Part shown: positions 31,647-39,805 of the stretch, one piece after another | How positions within the stretch are numbered: the first letter of the stretch is position 1 | How the letters are laid out: every line of letters starts with the position of its first letter | Virus record (IMG/VR): IMGVR_UViG_3300002220_000279 | Span: 2,162-66,161 of that record | Length of the DNA stretch: 64,000 bases | Direction: 5' to 3' (one strand) | Origin: a virus | Taxonomy: Duplodnaviria > Caudoviricetes | Made by a program: the position numbers and the translations under genes | The notes under the pieces: model-generated | Database searches by the model: none | Seen by the model: the letters and a program-made list of their open reading frames with translations, nothing else | Told to the model about the DNA's origin: nothing

Positions 31647-32879
31647 ATGATTAATAAGTACGAGACAAAGCATGAACAACGCATACTACATTTAGTTGAC
31701 AACTATGCCAACGAATCTGAACGCATAGAACTAAAATCTTTTTTTTCTAATATGATAGATAATATCGATTTGTCAGAAGAAGATAGACCTATAATCGCAT
31801 TTTCTGTTCCGGCTGAAACAGGAACATCTCATTGGAGATTACTTGAACCACTTTTTTCCCTATGGAAAGAATACAGGGAACAATTCTTGTTTCTTTATTT
31901 TGAGGGAGAATCAATGAACTATAACTTGTTCAATTATGTAGATATTTGGGTACAGCACAGAGCAGGAGCATGGCACGCCAATGCTGTAGAATATAGAAAT
32001 CAATATCCCAAATCTGAAAGTGTGCCTGTAATAATACACGATGTTGATGATAATGAATTCGACATTCCTCCCGAACACCCTCTACACAAAATTTGGATTG
32101 AACACAAGAAAGACCAAATGAGCAAAACACAGATAACTAATAGTGATTATGTTACTACAACTACAAAGGCTTTAAAGAGAGCATTTGATAAATTCAACCT
32201 AAATCAAAAAATTAAAATCATTCCTAACGCTATTAACTTTGATATGAAAAATTGGAATTTAGAATACACTAGACCTGAAAAATACAAAGATAAAACTGTA
32301 TTAGGATGGAGCGGATTGTCCCACCCGGAAGATTTGGTATATTTGTCAAAAATATTCAAAGAAATCAACAAGAAATACGATGAAAAAGTATACTTTGTTG
32401 TAGCGGGTGTGAACAAATGGAAAGAATCGGACAAAATAAAGTTCGAGGAATCATATGAGGGTTTAATACATACAAGTTTCAAACCTCTAATTGATGCAGG
32501 TGTTATAGACATATTAGAGCCAAAACCTTTAGCAGAATATATGAAGTATTATCAGTTATTTGATTTGAATACAGCATACGTAGTTAATCGTAAGTGGAAC
32601 ACGTATAAAAGCAACATTAAAGCGATGGAATCGGGAGCTTTGGGTAAAGTTACAGTTATGAGTAACGTTGGACCATATAACGATTTTTCTAACGAGTTAC
32701 CCATTTCAATAGCCGACAAAGTTAATTTGATTTGTTCAAAAAATATAATGTCAGAGTGGATAAAGAATCTTTCGTACTGGATTGATAATCCTGACCGCAG
32801 AGAGATAGTAGGCAATCAGATTAGGGATTATGTTAGAGAAAAATACCACATTAAAAACGCAAACGAATTAACACATTAA
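31647..32879 (+). CDS. GT-B glycosyltransferase
   Basis: GTSHWRL..P, IHDVDD, DYVTTTT, IPNAI, LGWSG, KSNIKAMESGA...VMSNVGPY. Confidence 0.8.
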   Translation: MINKYETKHEQRILHLVDNYANESERIELKSFFSNMIDNIDLSEEDRPIIAFSVPAETGTSHWRLLEPLFSLWKEYREQFLFLYFEGESMNYNLFNYVDIWVQHRAGAWHANAVEYRNQYPKSESVPVIIHDVDDNEFDIPPEHPLHKIWIEHKKDQMSKTQITNSDYVTTTTKALKRAFDKFNLNQKIKIIPNAINFDMKNWNLEYTRPEKYKDKTVLGWSGLSHPEDLVYLSKIFKEINKKYDEKVYFVVAGVNKWKESDKIKFEESYEGLIHTSFKPLIDAGVIDILEPKPLAEYMKYYQLFDLNTAYVVNRKWNTYKSNIKAMESGALGKVTVMSNVGPYNDFSNELPISIADKVNLICSKNIMSEWIKNLSYWIDNPDRREIVGNQIRDYVREKYHIKNANELTH

Positions 32880-32896
32880 AAACGCAAACGAATTAA
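32847..32896 (+). repeat. 25-bp tandem duplication at the glycosyltransferase 3' end
   Basis: cacattaaaaacgcaaacgaattaa x2. Confidence 0.9.
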
Positions 32897-32932
32897 GATA
32901 TAATTTATACAGAGAAATCCTTACTAAATAAT

Positions 32933-32940
32933 CTATATAG
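32933..32940 (+). promoter_or_regulatory. candidate late promoter CTATATAG upstream of rpsU
   Basis: Same motif as at 15317 and 23818. Confidence 0.35.
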
Positions 32941-32967
32941 TTGCAAGATTTTCAATATGGAGAAAAA

Positions 32968-33159
32968 ATGACAATATTAAGTAAGGGTGAGCAAGAGAGC
33001 TTCTCTACACTACTAAACAGATTTAAGAAGAAAATGCGGAAAAGCGGTATACTCAGAGATTATTCAGAATCTCTTGAATACGAAAAACCATCTGTGCAAA
33101 AGAAAAAGCGATATAAAAGATGAAGAAATAAAATGAAATACGAAAACGCAAAGGACTAA
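32968..33159 (+). CDS. rpsU: ribosomal protein bS21, 63 aa with TGA=Trp at 33121 (51 aa if TGA stops)
   Basis: ESFSTLLNRFKKKMRKSGILRDY..EYEKPSV.KK is the bS21 signature; GGAG RBS. Confidence 0.88.
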
Positions 33160-33164
33160 CATCC

Positions 33165-34604
33165 ATGCCGCAAAAGATTATGAAAGAGATAGTAAAACGT
33201 GCTTTTCTATTAGAGCAGGAAATAAACAACAACAGAGATAAATACACATTATCTTATGATTCCGATTATGATGAAGACCAATTCGACTTATTTTTGGATG
33301 AATGGAGCAATTTGTGTAATTCTGTATTAGGACAACCTCCTTTTGAAGTATATGCGATGGGATTTAACCTTGATTGGAAAAAATCCTCTGGTGACTTGAG
33401 ACAAACTTATCCAGATGCCACAGCACTCTTAAAAGGGTTGATTGGCTCGTATAAAGCAGATTTTGTGGGAATAAATACCAGTGTGAACGCAAAGGGAATT
33501 AAGTTTATAGAGGTGTCCGCTTATCATCACGATTCAGCGTATACTGGTGTTCCTACACGTATCGAAATATATAACGCAAACGAATTCAGCGGTGAAATCC
33601 AAAACACAGTTGGAGAAATATCTGAGAAAAAAGGGGGTGATGAAATTCTAGAAGCTTTGCATATCTTACCACACAGAGTAGATAACCGCAATCCTATTCC
33701 TGCACATTTACGTAAGGGATTTGATAAAGAAGAGTATAAGGATATTCCGATAGATACTATTGGAACATTTCCCAGCTTAAAAAATGGGAAAAATTATATA
33801 TGTTATAGGTGGAAATCCCCAGAGGGTCACTGGATATATAATGCAATTCAAGAAGATTCTAATGAACCTATAATTCATACTGGTTATGGCAGTCCTGAAT
33901 ACATCTTTAATATTAAGGGTGTTTATACGTATGTTCACGATGCAATGAAGAAAAGGCGGGGTAATAACGTTTTTGGCGAGAATGCCGATGTAGAAAATCC
34001 TCAATTATTTAGTGTAGATAACGTGACGGAAGTATGTCAACAACTAAAGGATGGAATTAAAGCTCCTGCAGTGGGAGTATCACACTCTACGTTGGGCGGT
34101 AAAGACCGAGTAACAATTTTAATGTCTGTATCATTAGATAAGCGTGAGGATTGGAAAAATCAAATCTTTGAAAATTCCAGATATTTTAGGTTGTCTCTAG
34201 AAAGAAACGGCAGATTGCAATTATTTGTCAAATCAGGTATACCGATAAAACTTCGTTCATCTGTATGCAATTCTATAGAAATGTGTATTGCTAAAATAAA
34301 CAAATACATAAACGAAATTAATTCTCTTATGCCAGATAAAACAGTGTCGGAATCGAAAACACTTAATGAAGAATCCGCAGAGACAAGATTAAAGTTTTTC
34401 AAAACACCAAACGGTGCCAAAGTGTTTTGGGATGGGAAACCTGTAGCTAGTTTGCTAAAAATGGGGAATGGTCATCTAGACGGCTATAAGGTTGAGTTGA
34501 CACAAGATAATATATTAGATGGTGAGTGGGTTGAAACCTTATCTGATGCTAAAAAAATGTTAGCCACTTATTTCCATACCAAAGAAACTGCGGAAATGCA
34601 ATAA
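33165..34604 (+). CDS. hypothetical multidomain protein
   Basis: 479-aa ORF ending TAA, followed by a terminator. Confidence 0.75.
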   Translation: MPQKIMKEIVKRAFLLEQEINNNRDKYTLSYDSDYDEDQFDLFLDEWSNLCNSVLGQPPFEVYAMGFNLDWKKSSGDLRQTYPDATALLKGLIGSYKADFVGINTSVNAKGIKFIEVSAYHHDSAYTGVPTRIEIYNANEFSGEIQNTVGEISEKKGGDEILEALHILPHRVDNRNPIPAHLRKGFDKEEYKDIPIDTIGTFPSLKNGKNYICYRWKSPEGHWIYNAIQEDSNEPIIHTGYGSPEYIFNIKGVYTYVHDAMKKRRGNNVFGENADVENPQLFSVDNVTEVCQQLKDGIKAPAVGVSHSTLGGKDRVTILMSVSLDKREDWKNQIFENSRYFRLSLERNGRLQLFVKSGIPIKLRSSVCNSIEMCIAKINKYINEINSLMPDKTVSESKTLNEESAETRLKFFKTPNGAKVFWDGKPVASLLKMGNGHLDGYKVELTQDNILDGEWVETLSDAKKMLATYFHTKETAEMQ

Positions 34605-34626
34605 ATATATCAACAACAAAATAATT

Positions 34627-34660
34627 AGACTGTTGCTTTATAGTGACAGTCTTTTTTTTT
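34627..34660 (+). terminator. Rho-independent terminator at the zone boundary
   Basis: AGACTGTTGC-TTTATA-GTGACAGTCT stem with G-U pairs, followed by a T-run. Confidence 0.75.
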
Positions 34661-34671
34661 GAATAAATAAT

Positions 34672-34699
34672 TTGCTTTTTGGCAAAAATGGGTTATACT
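34672..34699 (+). promoter_or_regulatory. early promoter TTGCTT-N16-TATACT
   Basis: Followed by TATAAC..AAAGGAG RBS. Confidence 0.8.
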
Positions 34700-34730
34700 A
34701 TGGTTATAACATTTTTCAAAGGAGTTCGAT

Positions 34731-34967
34731 GTGACTAAAAAAGAAAACAAAAAGAATCTTAAGGGTAAACCAAGTTGGACAGTCGCTCCTAGTTGGGCGA
34801 GGTGGCTTTCACAGAACATTTATGGTCAATGGTGGTGGCACTCAAGAAAGCCGTCTATCATGACAATTACATGGATTAATCACGAGGGTAGTTATGATGA
34901 TAGTGGTTACAAATCCAACTCAGATAACTGGCGTGAATCTTTAGAATCAAGACCAAAAGTCAAATAA
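34731..34967 (+). CDS. hypothetical Trp-rich protein
   Basis: GTG start after GGAG; all Trp codons are TGG. Confidence 0.7.
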   Translation: MTKKENKKNLKGKPSWTVAPSWARWLSQNIYGQWWWHSRKPSIMTITWINHEGSYDDSGYKSNSDNWRESLESRPKVK

Positions 34968-34983
34968 ACTTGGGTATAGATTT

Positions 34984-35193
34984 ATGACTGTCAAACAAAT
35001 TAAAAGCATTTCGGATTCACTGCTAATACAAAAAATGCGTGATTTGGAAATGGATATTTACAATTACGAGACTGGTAATGGTCATCCTGAATTTGATTAC
35101 AAGAGTGGTAAAAAGGAATACGATAATCTTTATAAAGAATATAAAAGACGAAATATAGACGAATCAAAAACTAAATATGAATATGATTATTAA
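34984..35193 (+). CDS. hypothetical protein
   Basis: Packed ORF. Confidence 0.6.
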   Translation: MTVKQIKSISDSLLIQKMRDLEMDIYNYETGNGHPEFDYKSGKKEYDNLYKEYKRRNIDESKTKYEYDY

Positions 35194-35204
35194 GAGGTGT
35201 TAAC

Positions 35205-35558
35205 ATGCTACGCTACATAGTTAATCGTTCATCACTAACAAATATTCAACTGTCTGACATGGTTAGAAATTTTATTGATTGCTCTAATTGTATTTTTTCT
35301 TTTCTTTATAATGCACGTAATGAAGAAGAATATATTATCTTTTACAGTGATTTACAACAAGCGTTAAATGATGCAATTGCCCTTCCCAATGCAACAGTTT
35401 ACAATGTTAAGGATTCCAGAACAATAGAAAACATTACACAGCAATTGCGGCATGAGAGAGAATACGATGAGATGATGTCTAATATAGAAGAGGAACAAGC
35501 TAATCAGATGTTTTCTTACCATGAAGAAGATTATTGGTTTGACACGGTTAAGGATTAA
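35205..35558 (+). CDS. hypothetical protein
   Basis: GAGG RBS. Confidence 0.65.
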   Translation: MLRYIVNRSSLTNIQLSDMVRNFIDCSNCIFSFLYNARNEEEYIIFYSDLQQALNDAIALPNATVYNVKDSRTIENITQQLRHEREYDEMMSNIEEEQANQMFSYHEEDYWFDTVKD

Positions 35559-35585
35559 GATGATGGTTGGGGATAAAAAAAGTAT

Positions 35586-35613
35586 TTGCTTTTTGGTGAA
35601 AGTGGATTATACT
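35586..35613 (+). promoter_or_regulatory. early promoter TTGCTT-N16-TATACT
   Basis: Repeat of the motif with AAAGGAG RBS downstream. Confidence 0.8.
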
Positions 35614-35643
35614 GCAATTATAACGTTTTAAAAGGAGTTGAAT

Positions 35644-36054
35644 ATGAAGCCACTTAAAGATATTATCAGAGAAATTGATTTTACCCCTATGGTAGAGTTT
35701 CTCAATAATTCTTTAGACACATCTGTGCAAATTGAATTAGTAACGAGTAACAGAGAGTTTCTCTTTGACAATACAGGAATAACGCTAAAAAATGTTTCGC
35801 CAGTAAAGAAATTGGTGGATACGGGGCTGATTTAAAATACACATGTTAGTATTTTAGAGACACTCTGCGACAGAACTAATCAAACTATAATGTTCTTAAT
35901 TTCTATTTATTTAGAAGATTTTGGGACAAGGGAAAGGATTATTCGGATGTTTCCAGTCGAGATTCTCCTACCAAAAATACTGCCGTTTGGCGAAGAATAT
36001 ATTATTTATAACTACAAGAGAAAGACATGGAAATTCCCCCCGGAAAGAGGATAA
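35644..36054 (+). pseudogene. hypothetical gene interrupted by in-frame TAA at 35833
   Basis: Frame stays open 72 codons past the TAA to TAA at 36052. Confidence 0.5.
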
Positions 36055-36067
36055 AAGGAGTATTATT

Positions 36068-36397
36068 ATGAAAGATTTTGAGTATTATGGTAAAGGTGTT
36101 TTGCCATATCCGATAGCCCCAACCAAACCTACAACTGACAGACCTACTCATGAGTTTGTTGAGTTACTGGATAAATACGATTTGGATATGATAAGATTCA
36201 AGGAATCTATGGGAGAGTATCGTAAAGAAAAAGACAGGTTGGAAACGGAATTTAAGCATGATGCTCTCGAAAGTTGCGGAATATTGGGACATCCAAAAGC
36301 CGATGCGTGTTTTTCGTTAGCGTATTCGTATGGTCACTCTGCTGGATTTTCGGAAGTGTATTCGTATCTGTCAGATTTATCAGAGTTGCTAAAGTAA
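36068..36397 (+). CDS. hypothetical protein
   Basis: AAGGAG RBS before ATG 36068. Confidence 0.7.
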   Translation: MKDFEYYGKGVLPYPIAPTKPTTDRPTHEFVELLDKYDLDMIRFKESMGEYRKEKDRLETEFKHDALESCGILGHPKADACFSLAYSYGHSAGFSEVYSYLSDLSELLK

Positions 36398-36407
36398 GGG
36401 AGGTATA

Positions 36408-36647
36408 ATGGAAAAGAGTATTATAGCATCAAGTTGTGTATTTGTGGAAAGTCAAGACATTAAAATTCCGCCATCTCCATCCGAAGGACCACAATGGAAT
36501 TTCAGGGTGGAAGATTCAGAAGAACCATTAACGTATTATTATAACGTGGATATGGAAAACTTTACAGAAAATGAAATAATATCCAAAATAAGAGAAATTT
36601 TTGGTGAAAAAGCCACGATTATATCAAACGTCATAAAAAATAAATAA
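36408..36647 (+). CDS. hypothetical protein
   Basis: GGAGG RBS. Confidence 0.65.
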   Translation: MEKSIIASSCVFVESQDIKIPPSPSEGPQWNFRVEDSEEPLTYYYNVDMENFTENEIISKIREIFGEKATIISNVIKNK

Positions 36648-36662
36648 AAAGAGGATTAAACC

Positions 36663-36971
36663 ATGAATGGTAAAACAACTATAAATAATGGCGGCACAGG
36701 ACTTGCAGGAATTTTGGGCATTGTTTTTGTTATAATGAAACTTATGCATTGGGGCGATGTATCTAATTGGTCTTGGTGGTGGGTATTGAGCCCGTTTTGG
36801 ATACCTGCAGTTATTGTTATTTTGGTTTTTATGGGAATTTTTGCCTATTACTTCATAATCATGAAATGGCAAAACTTTAAATATCGCCATAACCCCAATT
36901 CATTGAGATATGTAGATGGTAAATTAATGATGAATAGCGTGTATAAGAAATCTAAAGAGGATAAACAATGA
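36663..36971 (+). CDS. small membrane protein; ends in TGA overlapping the next ATG
   Basis: LGIVFVIMKL...WSWWWVLSPFW two-TM pattern; ATGA overlap. Confidence 0.7.
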   Translation: MNGKTTINNGGTGLAGILGIVFVIMKLMHWGDVSNWSWWWVLSPFWIPAVIVILVFMGIFAYYFIIMKWQNFKYRHNPNSLRYVDGKLMMNSVYKKSKEDKQ

Positions 36972-37615
36972 GAGCAAAGAAGAATCATCCGGACATAGTT
37001 GAAATTTTTGACAAAGAAACTCTTGATAAATGGAAATCAGAACAACCAAAACGTGTCCGCAGGCTCAGATGTGTTCTTTGCGAAGAATTGTTCAATCCAG
37101 AAGAAACACAATTCGTTAATGCTATTGGCGGCAAAAAAGCGTGTTGGGGATGTTACGAGTACGCGGAAGAGCATGCCGAAAAACTTATAGAGTTTGACCC
37201 TAACTACGACAAAGAATATTACTATTTAGACTCAAAATTGGGAGATTTAACCAATATGGAACCGTCATTCCCAACACCAATCAAAAGCATTAGATACGTT
37301 AATACTGATGGGTGGAGAGGGTATACTACGTGGGACTTGATGGATGGGTATATTTCATTAACTGATGGATGGATAACTGGATATCCCGATTCCACCACCA
37401 CACGTAAAATGGCTATAGGTGAAATGTATGAGAAATTTGACTCTGATGAAATGAGACCACCAGTAACAATGTGGTGGATGTTTGGAACAACAAGCAACAT
37501 ATTCTCAACCAGCTGTAGTATTATTATCGCTGAGAGCGATAAAGAAAAGTTCTGTGAGTGGTTAAAAGACAAATTCGACTATACAACCGAAGATTTAGAT
37601 TATATGATGTCTTAA
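36968..37615 (+). CDS. hypothetical protein with CxxC pairs
   Basis: CVLC...CWGC. Confidence 0.7.
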   Translation: MRAKKNHPDIVEIFDKETLDKWKSEQPKRVRRLRCVLCEELFNPEETQFVNAIGGKKACWGCYEYAEEHAEKLIEFDPNYDKEYYYLDSKLGDLTNMEPSFPTPIKSIRYVNTDGWRGYTTWDLMDGYISLTDGWITGYPDSTTTRKMAIGEMYEKFDSDEMRPPVTMWWMFGTTSNIFSTSCSIIIAESDKEKFCEWLKDKFDYTTEDLDYMMS

Positions 37616-37624
37616 GGATTTATT

Positions 37625-37825
37625 ATGAAATACGTTTGGTGTAATCAGTGTAATAACTTTATATGGGCTAACATAAATGAAGACTATGAATTGGAATGTG
37701 CTTCATGTGGCTCTATCGACGTTGTAGCAAGCACATGTGTAATGTGCGGAGAATGTAAACCTCCGCACTCTATGACAATAGTTGATTTCTGTGGTCCAGT
37801 TTGTTCAAAATGTAATGGAGATTAA
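37625..37825 (+). CDS. small zinc-ribbon protein
   Basis: Four CxxC-type pairs. Confidence 0.6.
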   Translation: MKYVWCNQCNNFIWANINEDYELECASCGSIDVVASTCVMCGECKPPHSMTIVDFCGPVCSKCNGD

Positions 37826-37836
37826 GCACAAATAAT

Positions 37837-37864
37837 TTGCTTTTTTATAAAAATGGGTTATACT
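37837..37864 (+). promoter_or_regulatory. early promoter TTGCTT-N16-TATACT
   Basis: Upstream of the cca-like gene. Confidence 0.8.
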
Positions 37865-37892
37865 GTAGGTAAAAGAAGTTAAGGAGCTCTCG

Positions 37893-39342
37893 ATGGTAGT
37901 TAATAATTCTGTCATAACCAAAATCAAACAAGCCATACTCGGTACTCAGTTTGAGGATAAAACTTACGTAGCTGGTGGCTTTGTCAGGGACCTGATTATG
38001 GGTAAAGACAATAAGGATATTGATATCGTTGTAGAGCTCCCTAATGGTGGAGTAGAGTTGGCTAATTTCCTGCACCATGCGATAGGAGCATCAGAACCTA
38101 CTGTTTACAATAATAGTTGTGGAACTGCACAAGTAGTTATTGATGGAGAGAAGATAGAATTTGTTATGACTCGTAAAGAAAAATATGAGTTTGGCAACCG
38201 CACACCCCTTTGTGAATACGGAACTATTTATGATGATGTTAGACGTAGAGATTTCACAATCAATTCTATTCTATATAAGATTTCTACAGGGGAAATTATA
38301 GACCTGTTGGGTGGAAAGAGAGATATTGACTGCGGAAAAATCAGAACCAGCAGTTACCCTGATGAAACTTTCCAAGACGACCCGTTGAGAATTATGCGCG
38401 CAATACGATTTGCCACCAGACTAAACTTTGAAATCGAGGAAGAAACTTTTTATCAGATATCCAAGCACGTATTTGCGTTGAAAATGATTTCTGTTGAGCG
38501 CATAAGGGATGAATTTAATCAGATTATAATTGACCCCAATTTCAAGGTTGGCATGAATCTACTTCGCACATCGGGTATCCTTGATTTTATGTGCGTAGAA
38601 TTGAGTAATCTCTATAAATTGGGACAAGGGAAATATCATACTAAAGATGCGTGGGGTCATACTCTCGATGTAATGAAATTGACTAAACCAACACTGGAGC
38701 ACCGGATGGCTGCCTTGTTTCACGACAGTGGCAAACCACAAACTATTTCTAAATCTGAACTATGGTCACCAAATAGTTTCAGGGAAAATCTTTACCAATT
38801 TCCTGAATCGGTTTAGGTATAGCAATGATTTTATAAAAATGGTAGTACCTGCTGTTCAATTGCATATGAATTTTGTTGATGGAATGCTGGACAAAACAAT
38901 CCGCAAGAAAGTTAATCAGTATGGTAAAGATATTATGCTGTTTGCTTGCGATTTGGCTAAAGCCGATAGTAAAAGACCGGAAAGGCGGAGGATAGTTTAT
39001 GATATCCGCAGATTCATTGAAACAGATAATTTTACCATACAACCAAAGGTTATTCTGCCAGTGAACGGAAATGAACTGATGGAAAGATATAATCTGAAAC
39101 CAGGTCCAAAGATTGGAGCGATGGTAGAATATATTAAGGAATTGATGTTTGAAAATCCTAATATATCTAAAGAAGAAGTGTTTGAAAAAATAGATGAAAT
39201 AAACAGAACAAACCCAATTAAGTGGACAAGAATAAAAGATATAGAAAGGGAACTGGTAAAATCATCTACCGCCTATGTGCTAAATGGAGCAGTTCCGATA
39301 ATAACCATAGATTATATGGACGTTTTGAAAACTGACCAATAA
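37893..39342 (+). pseudogene. cca: CCA-adding tRNA nucleotidyltransferase (HD domain), frameshifted near 38760
   Basis: VAGGFVRD..DIDI, DVRRRDFTINS, DDPLRIMRAIRFA, ISVERIRDEF, HTKDAWGHT, LFHDSGKP in frame 1; YGHQIVS...HM...DLAKAD, PGPKIG in a different frame. Confidence 0.85.
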
Positions 39343-39363
39343 GTTGTTAAGGAGATTTTAATT

Positions 39364-39561
39364 ATGAAAACAATGATTAAGTATTTTTTGTGGGGAGTTT
39401 ATTGTATTGTATCAGCAATGATTGTTAATCACGTGTGGGTAACTTTCGACAGCGGAGCTATCCACATGACTGCTCAACATTATGTCGGTATTATGAACGG
39501 AGCGATGTGTATGGGATTGGTTACTATGATTGAAAATTACAGCAAAGGTAAACAAATATGA
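39364..39561 (+). CDS. small membrane protein; TGA stop overlapping the next ATG
   Basis: Two hydrophobic segments; ATGA overlap. Confidence 0.6.
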   Translation: MKTMIKYFLWGVYCIVSAMIVNHVWVTFDSGAIHMTAQHYVGIMNGAMCMGLVTMIENYSKGKQI

Positions 39562-39794
39562 GTAATGAAAAAGAAAGAATCTTCAAAATTTTAAATAACT
39601 GTCTGGCTTTTAACTACGAATTGACCTAATCTGTTCAAAGAATTATAATAGATTACATTAAAGCCTACTTGGGGGATAGAGTTGTCAAGTGTTTGTTTAT
39701 TACATCCAAAATAACAGGACATCCTCATTTGTGGGTTGTATTAGACACTGAGTCAATGCACATTAATTTCCAATTGAGTCCTTATACTATGTAG
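39558..39794 (+). pseudogene. small gene interrupted by in-frame TAA at 39627
   Basis: ATGA-coupled start; 54 open codons after the TAA to TAG at 39792. Confidence 0.45.
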
Positions 39795-39805
39795 AGGGGG
39801 TATAA

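Noticed and set aside
1-33159. TGA as Gly (code 25), as selenocysteine, or as pseudogene damage
   Set aside because: TGAs sit in conserved Trp columns, not Gly or Cys columns. Thirty lesions all of the same codon, in essential genes, is not random decay.
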